Shown here: positions 61,492 through 64,000 of the stretch, piece by piece | Layout of the letters: every line of letters starts with the position of its first letter | Numbering within the stretch: the first letter of the stretch is position 1 | From: Lytechinus pictus | Taxonomy: Eukaryota | Length of the DNA stretch: 64,000 bases | Direction of reading: 5' to 3' | Assembly: GCF_037042905.1 (NCBI RefSeq) | Contig: NC_087259.1 | Location: 22,754,001-22,818,000 of the forward strand | The notes under the pieces: generated by a model | What the model was told of the DNA's origin: nothing | Databases searched by the model: none | What the model saw: only the letters and a program-made list of their open reading frames with translations | Position numbers and translations under genes: made by a program

Positions 61492-62179
61492 GTGATTTTT
61501 TTTCATAATTTCTAACATTTGCTTTAATAGCCCAAGTCACTACCCCTTATGAAGCTGAGAGCAGTTCACTCATATACATCCATAATATGTCTTTCAGAAA
61601 TCAAGCCTCTCAGGATTTTTGCTTCCTTTGGCAAGTGCTAGTTAAATAATTCATTAAATCTCTATTTGGTACATATGAATGATAATGATAACAAAATGAA
61701 TATTTGAGCCAAACATTCATTTGAGCCAAAACAGTAGCCAAAGTTACTAAATATTTATAATATGCATATTAATTAATTAAATATTGATAAAAATAATTAA
61801 AAACTACTAGCCTACTCATTTGGTAAACATTATTTTTTTTTTTTCAGACCTACTTTTCACAACCTACTGGGCCTAATAAATCTGCAACTTTGCATAAGCG
61901 TGAATATTGCAATGAATGATGAAGGCCTCTTTATTTTCCAGGGCTCTTTTTGAGTTTTCTGGGGGCGAAACCGCCCTGAGCCCCATGTAACTATTTTCCC
62001 TGTCACTCAGTGTTAGTTAATCATAATTCATGTTAGTAGATTTTGGATAAAAATCAAGGATTGAATGCAAGAAAAGTACTTATACACTATATCCTTCTCA
62101 TTGAACTCACACTAAGCTTTCACAAAAGTCAACAGCTCAACAAATACTCTTTAATATTTCCCACTTTTCTACGACACAG

Positions 62180-62347
62180 CCGAGATGCAATTAAGATCAG
62201 GCTCATCCTCAAGCCGAAGCCATGATGACGTATTCTTGCCAGAACGACGGAATATTTCGTTTGATAATCGCACCGAGTATGAGCCAGGACCTGGATATGT
62301 TCTCTTCATCAACAACATGTTCACCAGGCAACCAGATTACCGCAGGG
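62180..62347 (+). CDS. DED-caspase gene, coding exon 5 (start of caspase p20)
   Basis: CACAG|..|GTAAGA; ..PGPGYVLFINNMFTRQPDYRRG matches the caspase GxxLIINN..RxG motif. Confidence 0.88.
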
Positions 62348-63385
62348 GTAAGAACAGCATAGATGTGCCCAGCCACCCCAAAACCAACAATTAGTTGCCA
62401 GAGACAGTTCTCTGTCAGTAACAAAAATTATTATTTGGTCTTCACAAAGAAAACAAATAGGAAATTACCTTATCTGAAAGATTAATTCTTCTTCATTATA
62501 CGGTCAAAATTTGAAGTTGTAAAATTGAATAAAATACAAGATACAAAAGTTGCTGTGACACTAGTATTTTTGTGGACTGCTTGGGAGTTTGGCTGAGATT
62601 GTATAGTGTGCACATAGACTCTTTAGTGAACCCCAAACTTCAAACATTGTTTTCTCCTTATATTTCAAAGATGTCACTTGGTGTCTTCTGCATTCATTCA
62701 AGTACTTGTTTGGGTTATTGGTGATCAATTTTTACAAGTTATATATTATCAAATACCTTAGGATGTGCTCTTTCAAACTCGATAAAAATTGCAAAATTCA
62801 TTTTGGGCACCTGTTGTTTGTTTAGAGGTAGCTGGTCACATATGATGATAATTTGATGCATTTTAATGGATATTCTAATTTTTGCGACCCAAAGGGTAGA
62901 GCTGCATGATGAAGGGTATCATGAGTAGGCAATCTTATCCCCATGAATAATTTACATACCATTTTTGCTTCAAAGGCTGACATATGCCTTTTTTATAATA
63001 TTATAAGATGTGCTGTATCACCACTCAAATATCCTCAGCAGTATTTTAAATACGCAACATATAATTTACCCCTGTTGCAGAGAATGATTCACCCGTGTCA
63101 CAGAGTATTTTATCAAATCATCTTTCCTATTATAAACTTCAAACATGATTAGTATTAGTTTGATATTAAACCATGAAATGAAACAAAGAAATGAATGTGG
63201 GAATTTTGTTCAGATTTATTTGTTCCTATGATCAAAGAGCAGGAGTGGCAGCAACATACATGTAGCATGCAATATACCACCAGCATGACTGCTAGGAGCA
63301 GCTAGGGTTGCGGTAGAGGCTAGCTAGGTACAATCAAGATTTGTTGACCAATCATTTCACCTTCTTTTCTTCTATGCATGTTCAG

Positions 63386-63600
63386 GTGCTGAAGTTGATG
63401 AGAGGAATGTTCGTAATCTTTTTTCAAATACCCTGAAGGGTTACTTCTTGCAGTATATTAAAGATGTAACGTGTGAAGAGCTCAAGGGTTACTTGGAGTC
63501 CTTGAAGGACACCCTCTCAACGGGCATCTACAAGAGCTTCATCCTAATTCTTGGAACACACGGTGAACCAAAGATGGCTGACAGCAACAAGTCCATGAAG
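63386..63600 (+). CDS. DED-caspase gene, coding exon 6 (catalytic His); gene continues beyond the window
   Basis: TTCAG|..|GTAATC; GAEVDERNVRNLF..DVTCEEL..SFILILGTHG, the caspase (S/T)HG motif; not in the ORF track. Confidence 0.88.
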
Positions 63601-63625
63601 GTAATCACTGAATTATTATAAGGAG

Positions 63626-63710
63626 AGGTGTTGTGCCTCCGTGGATAAGTCTCCAGACTTTGAATCACAAGGTCCGGGGTTTGATCCCCAACACAGCATT
63701 TGTGTCCTTT
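63626..63710 (+). mobile_element. tRNA-derived SINE head, truncated by the next element
   Basis: Degenerate A box, GACTTTGAATC, GGTTTGATCCCC B box, GTGTCCTT. Confidence 0.6.
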
Positions 63711-64000
63711 TTGTCCACCAGAGGTGAAGGCGAGACTTACATGTAGGGATCCAAATGTCGTCTGTCCGTCACAAACCTAATGACACATAACTCCACAACC
63801 GTAAGTCGCTTTTCAACCAAACTTTGATGGTAGATGGACTTGGGGGACCTGCATGTTATGCTGCAGTCGGAGGTCACATGGTAAGGTCAAAGGTCATTTT
63901 CAGGTCAACGTTAAAGTTTACATGCAAGACTCTTATGACACCTAACTCCGCAACCATAAGTCACTTTTTAACCAAACTTGGATGGTAGATGGACTTGGGG
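63708..64000 (+). mobile_element. Second copy of the Helentron-like ~155-bp array element, runs off the window
   Basis: CCACCAGAGGTGAAGGCGAGACTTA head and the same tandem unit as 56500-57656. Confidence 0.8.

Overview
Eukaryotic, AT-rich, repeat-dense animal genomic DNA with one assembly gap (3576-3741). The SINE/MITE/LINE repertoire and gene style suggest a sea urchin or other echinoderm; this is inference. Two host genes are present and neither is captured properly by the ORF track: (1) a rhodopsin-class GPCR on the minus strand, open from 999 off the left edge; (2) a six-coding-exon plus-strand gene (54417->63600, continuing past the window) encoding one death-effector-like domain, a long Pro/Gln-rich linker and a caspase p20 domain. 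The rest is nested transposons: a LINE ORF1, an intact and a decayed CR1/L2-group ORF2, a complete IS3EU-type DNA transposon (6-bp TSD, TAC..GTA termini, inverted 20-bp subterminal arrays, intact spliced DDE transposase) carrying an RNase H LINE that itself carries a SINE fragment, and a young Ty3/Gypsy element. That element has non-canonical TA..TA 142-bp LTRs and an 11-nt primer-binding site complementary to its own LTR (candidate tRNA-independent self-priming). There is also an L1/Tx1 ORF2 split by two DNA elements, plus many MITEs, SINEs, foldbacks and Helentron-like tandem arrays.
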